Source of the DNA: an uncultured bacterium
Lineage (GTDB): Bacteria; Myxococcota_A; Polyangia; Polyangiales; Houyiibacteriaceae
NCBI GenBank assembly: GCA_937998345.1
Contig: CALLDH010000114.1
Location: 1-43,642 of the forward strand
DNA: 43,642 bases
Direction: 5' to 3'
The translations under genes were made by a program, and so were the position numbers. Shown here piece after piece: positions 1-9,031 of the stretch (positions are counted from its first letter, which is position 1; each line of letters starts with the position of its first letter). Under the pieces are notes generated by a model, which had not been told where the DNA came from, ran no database searches, and worked only from the letters and a program-made list of their open reading frames with translations.

Positions 1-144
1 AGAAACAATCCCAACAAGAGCGCGCTCTTGAACGGCTTCGAGATGACCGAGCAAGAGAAGCAGGATCTGATCGCCTTCCTTCGCGCACTCACCGACGACG
101 AGCTCTTGAACAATCCGGCCTACAGCGACCCATTCGCGGACTAG
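1..144 (+). CDS. 3' end of a gene truncated by the window edge; the tail resembles di-haem cytochrome c peroxidase (CCP/MauG) family proteins
   Basis: Frame 1 is open from base 1 to TAG at 142-144 and reads RNNPNKSALLNGFEMTEQEKQDLIAFLRALTDDELLNNPAYSDPFAD. The E..DL.AFL..LTD tail is typical of CCP/MauG C-termini. Only 47 codons are visible. Confidence 0.45.
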   Translation, partial: RNNPNKSALLNGFEMTEQEKQDLIAFLRALTDDELLNNPAYSDPFAD

Positions 145-1187
145 CTCAAGAGTCGGGGCTCTCGCTCGAGGGCGATTCCGAAATGGTCGCGCACGCGAGC
201 GCGGATCTCGTCGGAAAACGACAGCAGGTCCGCGGTCGTGCCACCTCCGTGGTGCACGAGCGCGAGCGCATGGCGGGTCGAGACTCCAAACGCGCCGCGG
301 CGGGTGCCCTTTGCGATTCCGGCATTCTCGATCAGCCACCCGGCCGAGAGCTTCACTTGGCCATCGCCGGCGGGATAACGAGGAACCTCACTCGGCGCGC
401 CGACGAGATTCTCGTGAACCGCTTTTTCGGTGACGCGGTCCGCTTCCGACGCAGCAACGATCGGGTTCAAAAAAAAGGAACCGGCGCTGCGATGATTCGG
501 GTCGTCGGGATCGATGACCATGGACTTGCGGCGCCGAAGGTCGAGAACGGTGTGGCGAATTTGAGAGAGCGTTGCATCGGCTCCAATGCTCCTTTCGAGG
601 TCCGCGTAGCGAACCGTCCCCGGGCCGTCAGGGCGCAGGGCGAAACGGACCGCGCATACTATGAAGCGATCGGGCTCGCGCTTGAACCGGCTATCGCGAT
701 AGCCGAAGGCGCAATCCTCAGAGCCGAGCTCTTCGAAGGCAAGCGTGTCGCGGCGGAGGACGCGGACGCTCGCGATGACTTCGGCAACCTCCTGCCCGTA
801 GGCACCCACGTTCTGGATGGGCGTTGCGCCGGTCGAGCCTGGAATCCCGGTGAGGCATTCGAGACCGGCCCAGCCTCGCGACACTGCGCCGTCGACGACC
901 GTTTCCCAGGGCAAACCCGCGCCCGCGTCCACCGTACCCCCGTTGTGAAACTCGGCCGTCGCGATCCGCATGTGGATGAGCAGCCCGTCGTAGCCTTCAT
1001 CGGGCACGATCACATTCGAGCCGCCACCCAGAACCACCGAGGACAAGCCCTCCTCGGTGGCCCAGCGAAGTGCCTGGGACAAGCTGCGCTCGTCCTCCAC
1101 TCGCACGAAATGCTTCGCGGGCCCGCCTAGCTCCAGCGTCGTGAGCGGAGCGAGGGGAACGTCACGCTGGATGTCGAGCGTCGTCAT
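141..1187 (-). CDS. murB: UDP-N-acetylenolpyruvoylglucosamine reductase
   Basis: Lies within ORF 141..1319. Motifs: LAPLTTLELGGPAKHF, VLGGGSNVIV, AGSFFLNP. I chose the ATG at 1185-1187 (MTTLDIQRD) because it sits just downstream of the serS stop at 1198-1200; the longer N-terminal extension overlaps serS. Confidence 0.9.
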   Translation of the reverse strand: MTTLDIQRDVPLAPLTTLELGGPAKHFVRVEDERSLSQALRWATEEGLSSVVLGGGSNVIVPDEGYDGLLIHMRIATAEFHNGGTVDAGAGLPWETVVDGAVSRGWAGLECLTGIPGSTGATPIQNVGAYGQEVAEVIASVRVLRRDTLAFEELGSEDCAFGYRDSRFKREPDRFIVCAVRFALRPDGPGTVRYADLERSIGADATLSQIRHTVLDLRRRKSMVIDPDDPNHRSAGSFFLNPIVAASEADRVTEKAVHENLVGAPSEVPRYPAGDGQVKLSAGWLIENAGIAKGTRRGAFGVSTRHALALVHHGGGTTADLLSFSDEIRARVRDHFGIALEREPRLLS

Positions 1188-1197
1188 CAGCTGTGAT

Positions 1198-2520
1198 CTA
1201 GGGCGCGGGGATTCTTTCGATGCCAGCCATGTAAGGAACCAGAGCCTCGGGTACGTTGACGCTCCCATCGGCTTGCTGGTTCTGCTCGAGGATCGCAACG
1301 AGCGTCCGACCGATCGCAAGGCCCGAGCCGTTCAGGGTGTGCACGAAGCGTGGCTTGCCCTTGTCCTCGGGCCGGAAGCGCGCCTTCATCCGGCGGGCCT
1401 GGAAGTCGCCAAACCAGGAGCAGCTTGAAATCTCGCGATACGCGCTCTGCGCGGGCAGCCAAACCTCGAGGTCATACGACTTCTGCGCCGCGAACCCCAT
1501 ATCGCCGGCACAAAGCTGCACGACCCGGTGGTGTAAGCCTAGCTTCTGTAAGATCGTCTGCGCGTGCTGGGTGAGCACGTCGAGCTGAGCCTCGCCTTCG
1601 TCCGGGTGGCAGAATCGGACCAGCTCGACCTTGTCGAACTGATGAACGCGTATCATCCCGCGCGTGTCCTTCCCATAGCTGCCCGCCTCGCTTCGGAAGC
1701 ACGCCGTGTAGCCGGTGTATGCGATCGGCAAATCCGCTCCGGCGACGATCTCGTTCGCGTGCAGGTTCGTAATCGGAACCTCGGCGGTAGGCACGAGGTA
1801 CAGGTCGTGCCCCTGGGCTCCGGCCTCGGCCTCCCACTCCTCGTCCTTTGCCATCCGGAACGCGTCCTTGGCGAACTTCGGCAATTGACCCGTTCCCAGC
1901 ATCGCGCTGTCCTTGACGAGAACGGGCGGCCAGACCTCTTCGTAGCCGTGCTCTGCCGCGTGCACGTCGAGCATGAACTGCATGAGTGCGCGATTGAGCC
2001 GCGAGCCGAGACCCTTGAGCACCACGAAGCGGGAACCGCTGATTTTGGCCGCGCGCTCGAAGTCGAGAATGTCGAGCCCTGTGCCGAGCTCGACGTGATC
2101 GCGCGCATCGAAATCAAACGACGGCTTGTCGCCCCAGACACGGATCTCGACGTTGTCGTTTTCAGTGAGCCCATCCGGCGTGCCGGGGTGAGGAAGATTC
2201 GGCAGGTTCAGCAAAATCGCTTCGAGCTCGGTTTCAACCGCAGCTTGGCGCGCCTCGCCTTGCTTGATCTGGTCGCCGAGAGTGCGGAGTTGCTCGCGTC
2301 GGGTCTGAAACTCCTCGGACTTTTTGTCGGCAACGTTCGCCATCGCCTGGCTAGCCTCATTACGCTCCTGCCTGAGCGCCTCGACGCCCGTGATGACGCT
2401 GCGGCGCTCCTCGGCCAAGGTTCCGAGCCGGTCGAGAAGCGCCGCATCGGAAAAACCGCGGCGCGTCAGTGCGGCCTTTACTTCGGGCAGGTTTTCGCTC
2501 ACGTGGCGCAGGTCGAGCAT
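1198..2520 (-). CDS. serS: seryl-tRNA synthetase
   Basis: C-terminal 440 aa of ORF 1198..3837. Start is MLDLRHVSENLPEVKAAL (ATG at 2518-2520). It has an N-terminal coiled-coil arm, class II motif 2 FRSEAGSYGKDTRGMIRVHQFDKVE, and motif 3 GSGLAIGRTLVAILE. Confidence 0.95.
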   Translation of the reverse strand: MLDLRHVSENLPEVKAALTRRGFSDAALLDRLGTLAEERRSVITGVEALRQERNEASQAMANVADKKSEEFQTRREQLRTLGDQIKQGEARQAAVETELEAILLNLPNLPHPGTPDGLTENDNVEIRVWGDKPSFDFDARDHVELGTGLDILDFERAAKISGSRFVVLKGLGSRLNRALMQFMLDVHAAEHGYEEVWPPVLVKDSAMLGTGQLPKFAKDAFRMAKDEEWEAEAGAQGHDLYLVPTAEVPITNLHANEIVAGADLPIAYTGYTACFRSEAGSYGKDTRGMIRVHQFDKVELVRFCHPDEGEAQLDVLTQHAQTILQKLGLHHRVVQLCAGDMGFAAQKSYDLEVWLPAQSAYREISSCSWFGDFQARRMKARFRPEDKGKPRFVHTLNGSGLAIGRTLVAILEQNQQADGSVNVPEALVPYMAGIERIPAP

Positions 2521-2604
2521 GGGAGCGGGTCTACAACACGTGAGCGCAGAGCACCAGTCGCGCACTTCTTGGCGCGGCGTGCGAAAAGCCCCTAAGTTGA
2601 AGCT

Positions 2605-3279
2605 GTGAGCAACACGGGCATGCTCAGCCGCTTGGGGGTCATCGGCGACGTTCACTGCGAATCCGACACGCTCGGGCGAGCGCTCGACGCGTTGGAGATA
2701 ATGAACGTCGAGGCCGTCTTGTGCGTTGGCGATTTGGTCGACGGCCCAGGAGACGCCGACGCGACCCTCGCCATGCTGCAAGCGCGCGAGGTCCTGTGCG
2801 TGGCCGGCAATCATGAGCGCTGGTTCCTCGACAGCGAGCAACGGTCGCTCGAAAACGCCACCAGCGCGATCAACGAAACTTCTCGCGCGTTCCTCGAGGC
2901 GCTGCCGAAAGTGCGAGGCTACACCACACCCAGCGGCAACGCGCTGCTCTGTCATGGAGTGGGCGAAGACGACGAGGCCTGGCTTCTCCCCGACACCCGA
3001 GGCTACGCCCTCCAGGACATCCCGACCCTTCGCGAGTTGATGCTCGATCAAGAGGTCCAGTTCATGCTCTGCGGCCACACCCACGAGCGCATGATCCGCG
3101 TGTTCCCAGGGCTCACCGTGATCAACGCCGGCACCATTCACCGCAAAGACGAGCAGACCTTCATGGTCGTGGACTTCGCCGCCATGCGAGTCGGCTTCTA
3201 CTCCGCCGCCGAGGCGACCATGGGAACGCTGATCGAAGAGCTCGACCTCCCCCCGCCAGGCCCAGTCGAATGGAAATAG
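2605..3279 (+). CDS. calcineurin-like metallophosphoesterase (YfcE/MJ0936-like)
   Basis: Motifs GDVHCE, VGDLVDGPG, AGNHE, LCHGVG and CGHTHE are in the canonical order. The start is GTG 2605 or ATG 2620 (MLSRLGVIGDVH). Confidence 0.8.
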   Translation: MSNTGMLSRLGVIGDVHCESDTLGRALDALEIMNVEAVLCVGDLVDGPGDADATLAMLQAREVLCVAGNHERWFLDSEQRSLENATSAINETSRAFLEALPKVRGYTTPSGNALLCHGVGEDDEAWLLPDTRGYALQDIPTLRELMLDQEVQFMLCGHTHERMIRVFPGLTVINAGTIHRKDEQTFMVVDFAAMRVGFYSAAEATMGTLIEELDLPPPGPVEWK

Positions 3280-3350
3280 TGGCCGACGCCCACGCTGAAT
3301 CACCGGAGACCGGCTCCCGACGCACGTGCTCGCATTCCGGGATGTCGCTG

Positions 3351-4619
3351 TTAGCGCGCCTGACGCCATAGCTCTGCGAGCGAGGGCATCGATCCCGTGA
3401 GCAGGAAGCCTACGCGGAACAACCGTGCTCCGATTCGAATCGACACCCAGGTCGACACTAGCAGCACCGCCATCGAGCCGATCACTTCCCACCAGGCGAT
3501 CCCCGACGAGTCGACCGCCAAGCGGATGATCACGGTGAGGGGTGACGTGAACGGAATCCAGGTCATCACCTGGCCGAGGATCCCATTGGGCTCGTCGAGC
3601 AGGATCACCAGGACCATCAGCGGGAGAATTGCGAGCATAGCCCAGCCCATCGTGAGCTTCTGGCTTTCGGCTGCATTCGCGCCGAGGGCGGCGGTCGCGA
3701 GCATGAGGCTGCCGAGGAATAGGTAGCCGAGGATGAACAACACGGGCGCGACCGCTAGGGCTTGCCACGGGATCGACACCACGGCCGCAAGCGCGGCCGA
3801 CGCGGTGAGCGCGACGAAGACGACCATCGACGACCACACTGCAAACTGCAGCAGGCCCGCGGCGCCTAAACCGAAGAGCTTGCCGGCGAGAATCTCTTCT
3901 GGGGTCACCGAGGAAAGCAGCACTTCGACGATCTTGCTTTCCTTATCGGTCGAGACGGTCTGCACGAGGTACCCGGACGCGCTGAGAAGCGCCGTGAGCA
4001 GAAGGATGCCGAGGAAAAGCGGGATCGTCGTGCGTACGAGAAGATCGAGGGCCTCGTCGACACCGGTCACCTGCTCCCCATCGGGGCCGAGGCGGCTGCG
4101 AACGAAATACGCAGGGGAAATGACACGCTCCTGCACATCGTGATCAAGACGTCCTTCGACGAGCGATTTTCTCAGGAGCGAGCGAAGGAGCGGCTCGATC
4201 GTCGTCCCGCCCATGCTCAGTAGTGGCGTCTTCTCGGACTGGATGGCCCGCACCTCGCCGCTCGAGAGATAGTCTTTCTCGACGACGTAGACCGCACGAA
4301 GGCGGCCCGACTCGAGGTCTCTACTTGCGGCATCAGAAGTGTCATAGAGCACAATTTCGTTGGCGTTCGCCGTCCAAACCCGCGTGCCCTCACGTTCTTC
4401 GAAAACCCCGAGGTCGATCACATCTGCCTCATCGACCAGTCCGAACTCGGAGCTCTCCGCCGCCCGCTGCGTGAGGAAGTAGGTCTGAGCCCCGATGACC
4501 GTGCCCGATAGGAGCGCTAGGAAGACCGGCAGGCCGAACGTCGCAATCAGGTACGACCAGCGTTTGACGACCGACGCGAACTCGAAGCGGGCCACCGCGG
4601 AAATGCGTTGAATGCGCAT
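3351..4619 (-). CDS. ABC-2 type exporter permease (NatB-like)
   Basis: 422 aa. It has an N-terminal TM helix, a large extracytoplasmic loop, then five or more C-terminal TM helices. It lies 3 nt downstream of the ATPase gene. Confidence 0.7.
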   Translation of the reverse strand: MRIQRISAVARFEFASVVKRWSYLIATFGLPVFLALLSGTVIGAQTYFLTQRAAESSEFGLVDEADVIDLGVFEEREGTRVWTANANEIVLYDTSDAASRDLESGRLRAVYVVEKDYLSSGEVRAIQSEKTPLLSMGGTTIEPLLRSLLRKSLVEGRLDHDVQERVISPAYFVRSRLGPDGEQVTGVDEALDLLVRTTIPLFLGILLLTALLSASGYLVQTVSTDKESKIVEVLLSSVTPEEILAGKLFGLGAAGLLQFAVWSSMVVFVALTASAALAAVVSIPWQALAVAPVLFILGYLFLGSLMLATAALGANAAESQKLTMGWAMLAILPLMVLVILLDEPNGILGQVMTWIPFTSPLTVIIRLAVDSSGIAWWEVIGSMAVLLVSTWVSIRIGARLFRVGFLLTGSMPSLAELWRQAR

Positions 4620-4622
4620 GAC

Positions 4623-5513
4623 TCAGCGGCCCCCGCTAACCAGGCTGACGAAGATCTCATCCATGCGCGCGACCAAAGGCTCGTAACGATCGATGAGCAC
4701 ACCGTTTCGGACGAGCTCGTTGAGGTATCCCGCCGGGGTCACGCTTGGCGGCAGCTCCACGCGCCAGCCTCCGGCCCGGTGCAGCGTGGCCTGTACCCCA
4801 AAGGCCAGCAGGTCCGTCGCCGTCCACACGATCACCTCATTTGGTGAGTAGCGCCGGCGGATCTCGTCGAGCTGGCCATACACAACCAGCCTGCCGCGAT
4901 GAATGAGCGCCACCCGATCACAAAGCGCCTCCACCTGATGCATCATGTGGGTCGACAACACGGTCGTCTGACCGCTACGACGGCGCTCTTCAATCAGGCT
5001 GGTGATGAGTGCGACGTTGACTGGGTCCAAACCCGAAAAGGGCTCGTCGAGCACGCAGAGCTCCGGGTCGGTCATCAGGCAGGCCGCAATCTGAACCTTT
5101 TGCGTCATCCCCTTCGACAAGCTCTCGACCCGCTGATCCGCGACACGGCTCAAGCCAACGCGTTCGAGCCAGTGGTCCGCCGCCGTCCGCGCTGCCGTGC
5201 GCTTCAAGCCCTTGAGTCGTCCGAGATACGCAAGCAGCTCACGCACTTTGGCACGACGATAGACGCCGCGTTCCTCGGGGAGGTATGCAGTGCGGTCGAG
5301 GGTCTTCGGCTCCGGCGCAGCGCCAAACAGCGATACTTCCCCGTCATCGGGCCGAAGAATGTCTAGTCCAATCCGGATCAGAGTCGTCTTGCCCGCACCG
5401 TTCGGACCAAGCAGCCCGAACACCTCACCGGGCCTGACCTCGAGCGACACGTCCTCGAGCGCGCTGTGCTTCCCAAAGCGCTTGGATACGCCCCGATACG
5501 CGAGAATCCCCAC
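4623..5513 (-). CDS. ABC transporter ATP-binding protein (NatA-like)
   Basis: Walker A GLLGPNGAGKTT, signature LSKGMTQKVQIA, Walker B LCVLDEPFSGLD. GTG start at 5511-5513. Confidence 0.9.
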   Translation of the reverse strand: MGILAYRGVSKRFGKHSALEDVSLEVRPGEVFGLLGPNGAGKTTLIRIGLDILRPDDGEVSLFGAAPEPKTLDRTAYLPEERGVYRRAKVRELLAYLGRLKGLKRTAARTAADHWLERVGLSRVADQRVESLSKGMTQKVQIAACLMTDPELCVLDEPFSGLDPVNVALITSLIEERRRSGQTTVLSTHMMHQVEALCDRVALIHRGRLVVYGQLDEIRRRYSPNEVIVWTATDLLAFGVQATLHRAGGWRVELPPSVTPAGYLNELVRNGVLIDRYEPLVARMDEIFVSLVSGGR

Positions 5514-5554
5514 GTGTTGATTGTATCGGCTGAGGACCGCCGGAGCGAATCTCT

Positions 5555-5630
5555 GCCAGCCAGTGCCAGCGTCAGTGCCAGCGGCAGGGTCAGTGCCAGC
5601 GGCAGCGGCAGCGTCAGTACCAGTGTCAGC
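5555..5630. repeat. Imperfect hexamer-phased (CAGYGN-like) tandem repeat containing an 18-bp period duplication
   Basis: GTCAGTGCCAGCGGCAG occurs at 5571-5587 and again at 5589-5605. Flanking sequence continues the same motif (GCCAGC / CAGTGCCAGC / GTCAGTACCAGTGTCAGC). It fills the gap between the mutY stop (5626-5628) and the natA start (5513). Confidence 0.8.
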
Positions 5631-6675
5631 CCGGGAGGGCGGCGGCGAGGAGCTTCTTGGTCAGTGTGGAGATTCCGACTCGGCCGAGCTGTTGGGGGTC
5701 AAACCGTCGCAGTGTCTCCGACTCGGTTCCCCGCGCTGCGGTCGCCCGAAAGACGTCGATCTGCAACCGCCTGTGCGTCAGGACATGCGCGATCTGCGCT
5801 GCTGGCTCAGGGTCCAGACGCGCCGAGATCCGTGCCTCGCGCAAAGCCCGGCGCGCATCGCTCTCGTCGACTGCCTCTCTGCCGAGCATCGGCAGACCCC
5901 ACAGCCCGCCGAACAAGCTTTGCTCGCTTCGCACGAGCCAGACCTCCACCTCCGAGCCGCGACCTCGAGTCGCAACCACCGCCGCTAGCTGCACCTCTTT
6001 GGGAGCTTTGCGTGCACGGGGGACCGGTAGCGCATCGACTTCATCACTTGCATACGCCTTGCATTCGCCGGCGATTGGGCACGACTTGCACTGGGGTCGC
6101 TTCGGGGTGCAGATCGTTGCGCCAAGCTCCATCAACGCCTGATTGAGATCACCGGGGCGTTCGCCGGGAACCAGCTGAGCAGCCTCGTCCCACAAACGGT
6201 TTGTCGTAGCCGAAGCTCCGACCGGCGTGTCGATGCGAAACAATCGCGCCAGCACTCGGGTCACGTTTCCGTCTACGACCGGCTCTTCTTTGTCGAAGGC
6301 GATGCTCCCAATCGCACCGGAGGTGTATCGTCCTACCCCGGGAAGCGAACGTCGCGAATCGGCATCTTCGGGAATCCTCCCGCCGTACTGGGTGACCACC
6401 TCTTTGACGCCAGCGTGCAAGAGGCGCGCGCGCCGGTAGTAACCGAGTCCACTCCAATGGGAGAGAACCGCATCTTCGTCGGCTTCAGCCAAGGCACGTG
6501 GAGTCGGAAAGCTCGCCAGGAAGCGCTGGTAATAAGGGACGACCGTCTCGACGCGCGTCTGCTGGAGCATCACCTCGGAAACCCAGATCGCATAGGGGTC
6601 GCGCGTCTGTCGCCAAGGGAGGTCTCGAGCGGCCGTGTCGTACCAACGGAGTAGCTTCTGCCGAACTGCGGGCAT
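5626..6675 (-). CDS. mutY: A/G-specific adenine DNA glycosylase
   Basis: Motifs: LPWRQTRDPYAIWVSEVMLQQTRV, HhH-GPD PGVGRYTSGAIGSIAF, 4Fe-4S loop CTPKRPQCKSCPIAGEC, and a C-terminal NUDIX-like domain. The ATG at 6673-6675 overlaps the E2 stop (TGATG). Confidence 0.9.
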   Translation of the reverse strand: MPAVRQKLLRWYDTAARDLPWRQTRDPYAIWVSEVMLQQTRVETVVPYYQRFLASFPTPRALAEADEDAVLSHWSGLGYYRRARLLHAGVKEVVTQYGGRIPEDADSRRSLPGVGRYTSGAIGSIAFDKEEPVVDGNVTRVLARLFRIDTPVGASATTNRLWDEAAQLVPGERPGDLNQALMELGATICTPKRPQCKSCPIAGECKAYASDEVDALPVPRARKAPKEVQLAAVVATRGRGSEVEVWLVRSEQSLFGGLWGLPMLGREAVDESDARRALREARISARLDPEPAAQIAHVLTHRRLQIDVFRATAARGTESETLRRFDPQQLGRVGISTLTKKLLAAALPG

Positions 6676-8057
6676 CAAAGGGACTCGTAGGACAAGCGCT
6701 CCGGGTTCTCGAGCGTTTCGATCACGTCGTAGGCAAACGCCGCGCCCACATGCCCATCGACGATTCGGTGATCGAGCGAAAGCGAAAGCAACATCACCTT
6801 GCCGACCACAATCTCCCCGTCACGAACCACCGGGCGTTCCTTGATCCGGTGAACCCCGAGGATGCCGACCTCCGGGTGATTCAGGATGGGGGTCGCGAGG
6901 AAACCGCCTTGCTTGCCGAGTGACGTCACGGTGAATGTCGAGTTGCGCAAGTCCTCCGGCGCAAGCGTTCCCTCTTGGGCCGCTCGTGAGAGGCGCTCGA
7001 TCCGCTTTGCGAGCTCGAACAGGCCGAGGCGGTCTGCGTTCTGCACTACCGGAACCATCAGCCCAGCTTCCGTCGCGGTCGCCACGCCAATGTTGTAGTA
7101 CTTCTTGTAGACGAGCTCGTTGGTGCGCTCGTCCAGTGAGCTGTTCAGGACCGGATGCTTGCGCAGGGCGTCGGTGACCGCCTTGATGATGAACGGCAAG
7201 AACGTCAGCCGAACATCACGGCGCTCCGCCTCGGGCAACAATCGCTGTCGAAGCTCCACCAACCGAGACGCGTCACACTCCTCAACGAATGTGAAGTGCG
7301 CCGCCGTCGTCTTCGAGTGATGCATTCGCTCGGCGATCTTCCGTCGCATCCCGAGGACCGGCTGACGCTCCTCGAGCGGCGCATGAGGCCGGTCTTCCGC
7401 CATCGCTCCTCGCAGCGCCCGACGAACATCATCGCCGGTCACCCTTCCGCCGCCGCCACTCGGACGAACTCGCCGCAGATCGACGCCCATTTCTTTGGCG
7501 AGACGCCGGGTCGCAGGAGTTGCAAGAGGTTTCGTTTCGAAATAGTCGATTCCGCCAACCGCGCTCGCAGAGGTCCGAACAGCCCGACGCTGCGCAGCCG
7601 TCGCCGGCCGCACAGAGCTACGCCCAGTCCCCCCGCCGTTCCCGTTCTCATGCCTGGCCCCGGTCGCCCGGCCCCGGTCCCCCGGTCCCGGTCCCCCGGC
7701 CTCGGAACCGGCCCCGGATCCAAACAACCCCGCCCCAGGCAACTGCTCCCGAATGTCCCCAACCGCAGTAGCCGCCGGCCTCGAGGATCGCTGCGCCGCC
7801 TCAACGTTCGAACCCGCATCGGAATCCAAGGTCAGAATTACCTGCCCGACCTGCGCGATCGCGCCAACGTCGAAACAAAGCTTCACCACCCGCGCGTCGC
7901 ACGGTGCACCAATTGTCACGGTGGCCTTGTCGGTCATGACCTCCACCATCGGATCGTCCTCGCCGACTGTGTCACCCGCTCCGACGAACCAGTCGACGAT
8001 TTCACCTTCGGTCACGCCTTCACCGATGTCGGGTAGCTTGAAGTCGAGCCGAGCCAT
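6675..8057 (-). CDS. 2-oxoacid dehydrogenase E2 (dihydrolipoamide acyltransferase), BCKDH/PDH type
   Basis: N-terminal lipoyl domain with VMTDKATVTI, a Gly/Pro/Ala linker, a subunit-binding domain (ATPATRRLAKEMGVDL) and a catalytic SLSLDHRIVDG. Confidence 0.9.
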   Translation of the reverse strand: MARLDFKLPDIGEGVTEGEIVDWFVGAGDTVGEDDPMVEVMTDKATVTIGAPCDARVVKLCFDVGAIAQVGQVILTLDSDAGSNVEAAQRSSRPAATAVGDIREQLPGAGLFGSGAGSEAGGPGPGDRGRATGARHENGNGGGTGRSSVRPATAAQRRAVRTSASAVGGIDYFETKPLATPATRRLAKEMGVDLRRVRPSGGGGRVTGDDVRRALRGAMAEDRPHAPLEERQPVLGMRRKIAERMHHSKTTAAHFTFVEECDASRLVELRQRLLPEAERRDVRLTFLPFIIKAVTDALRKHPVLNSSLDERTNELVYKKYYNIGVATATEAGLMVPVVQNADRLGLFELAKRIERLSRAAQEGTLAPEDLRNSTFTVTSLGKQGGFLATPILNHPEVGILGVHRIKERPVVRDGEIVVGKVMLLSLSLDHRIVDGHVGAAFAYDVIETLENPERLSYESL

Positions 8058-8060
8058 GGG

Positions 8061-9026
8061 TCAGTACCTCGCCGTCTCGAGCAATGCCGGAGCAATGCGG
8101 TGGGCCAGGGGGAGGTACTCATGCTCGTGCGTCAAGGGAAACGGCGTGTCCCAGCCGGTGACCCGAACCGGTGGTGCCTCGAGGTGAAGGAACGCGCGTT
8201 CGGTGATCAGTGCGACGAGCTCGCTACCAAAACCGCAGGTCCGAGGCGCCTCGTGCACGATGACGACCCGTCCGGTCTTCTCGACACTCGCGACGAGCGC
8301 TCCGATATCGAGTGGCCACAAAGTGCGCAGATCAATCACCTCGACGTCAACGCCCTGCTTCGCCACCTCTTCGGCCGCGGTGAACGCTTCGTAGAGCATT
8401 GCGCCCCAGGCGATGCAGGTGACTTGCTCGCCCGGCCGCACGATCTTCGCTTCGCCAAGCGGGACCGTGTAAGGCTCGTCTGGCACGTCCATCTTCACCG
8501 CGCGATAGACGCGCTTTGGTTCGAAAAAGAGGACGGGGTCCTCGTCGCGAATCGCCTCGAGTAAGAGCCCCTTCGCATCGTAGGGGTTCGACGGGCACAC
8601 GACCTTCAACCCGGGGGTATGGATGAACAGTGCCTCGGGTGACTGAGAGTGATACTGCCCGCCGCGAATGCCCCCGCCGTAAGGTGTGCGCACCACCATC
8701 GGCACGTGAAACTCCCCAGCCGTCCGATGGCGGTACTTCGCTGCTTCGTTCACCAGCTGGTCGAAGCCCGGATAGATGAAGTCCGCGAACTGGATCTCCG
8801 ACACGGGTCGGAGCCCGTGAAGCGCCATCCCGATGGCAGTCCCCAAGATCCCGGTTTCCGACAGCGGCGTATCGAGGACACGGTCCGCGCCGAACTCCTT
8901 TTGAAGGCCTTGGGTGACCCTAAAGACACCGCCAAGTCGCCCAACATCTTCGCCCATCACCAGGACGTTCTCGTCCTGTTGAAGCGCGCCCCGAAGCCCG
9001 CTGCGGATCGCCTGAACGAGATTCAT
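8061..9026 (-). CDS. 2-oxoacid dehydrogenase E1 beta subunit
   Basis: MNLVQAIRSGL..., VMGEDVGRLGGVFRVTQGL, transketolase-like C-terminal domain. The ATG is at 9024-9026; an alternative GTG at 9033-9035 overlaps the E1 alpha stop. The longer ORF to 9563 is an out-of-frame overlap with the E1 alpha gene. Confidence 0.9.
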   Translation of the reverse strand: MNLVQAIRSGLRGALQQDENVLVMGEDVGRLGGVFRVTQGLQKEFGADRVLDTPLSETGILGTAIGMALHGLRPVSEIQFADFIYPGFDQLVNEAAKYRHRTAGEFHVPMVVRTPYGGGIRGGQYHSQSPEALFIHTPGLKVVCPSNPYDAKGLLLEAIRDEDPVLFFEPKRVYRAVKMDVPDEPYTVPLGEAKIVRPGEQVTCIAWGAMLYEAFTAAEEVAKQGVDVEVIDLRTLWPLDIGALVASVEKTGRVVIVHEAPRTCGFGSELVALITERAFLHLEAPPVRVTGWDTPFPLTHEHEYLPLAHRIAPALLETARY

Positions 9027-9031
9027 CTCGG

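Noticed and set aside
469-476. A8/T8 homopolymer inside murB as a possible phase-variation tract
   Set aside because: On the coding strand it reads TCC TTT TTT TTG AAC, which is S-F-F-L-N. This is the conserved catalytic GSFF.NP motif of MurB in an essential gene, so the run is explained by codon choice.
183-1130. Long antisense/shadow ORFs: 183..1130 +, 1564..2595 +, 9077..10156 +, 10429..11070 +, 17261..18196 -, 18722..19597 -, 31326..31976 +, 36052..36903 -, and many others in the track
   Set aside because: Each lies opposite or out of frame to a gene with strong family motifs. Their translations are low-complexity Arg/Ala/Pro/Gly-rich with no recognisable domains. High G+C suppresses stop codons in non-coding frames.
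3280-3350. Possible bidirectional terminator hairpin between the metallophosphoesterase and natB-like genes (CCGGAGACCGGCTCCCG)
   Set aside because: Only about 4-5 bp of imperfect pairing and no U-tract. This is not distinguishable from chance in GC-rich sequence.
2521-3837. N-terminal ~440-aa extension of the 879-aa ORF 1198..3837 upstream of the SerS domain
   Set aside because: The extension is Arg/Gly/Pro-rich with no motifs. It runs antisense through the well-supported metallophosphoesterase gene and overlaps the natB-like permease gene in a different reading frame on the same strand. SerS has a clean ATG at 2518-2520. This is a typical open-frame artefact of GC-rich DNA.
5466-6146. Possibility that the hexamer repeat is coding (ORFs 5466..6146 + and 5521..5988 + translate it as SASVSASGRVSASGSGSVSTS / PASVPAAGSVPAAAAAS)
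   Set aside because: Both ORFs are otherwise antisense to mutY, which is strongly supported, and have no other features. The repeat is more simply intergenic.
7640-7720. GC-rich CCCGG/GGTCCC micro-repeats
   Set aside because: They encode the Gly/Pro/Ala flexible linker between the lipoyl and subunit-binding domains of E2 (…GSEAGGPGPGDRGRATGA…). Low complexity is expected for that linker.
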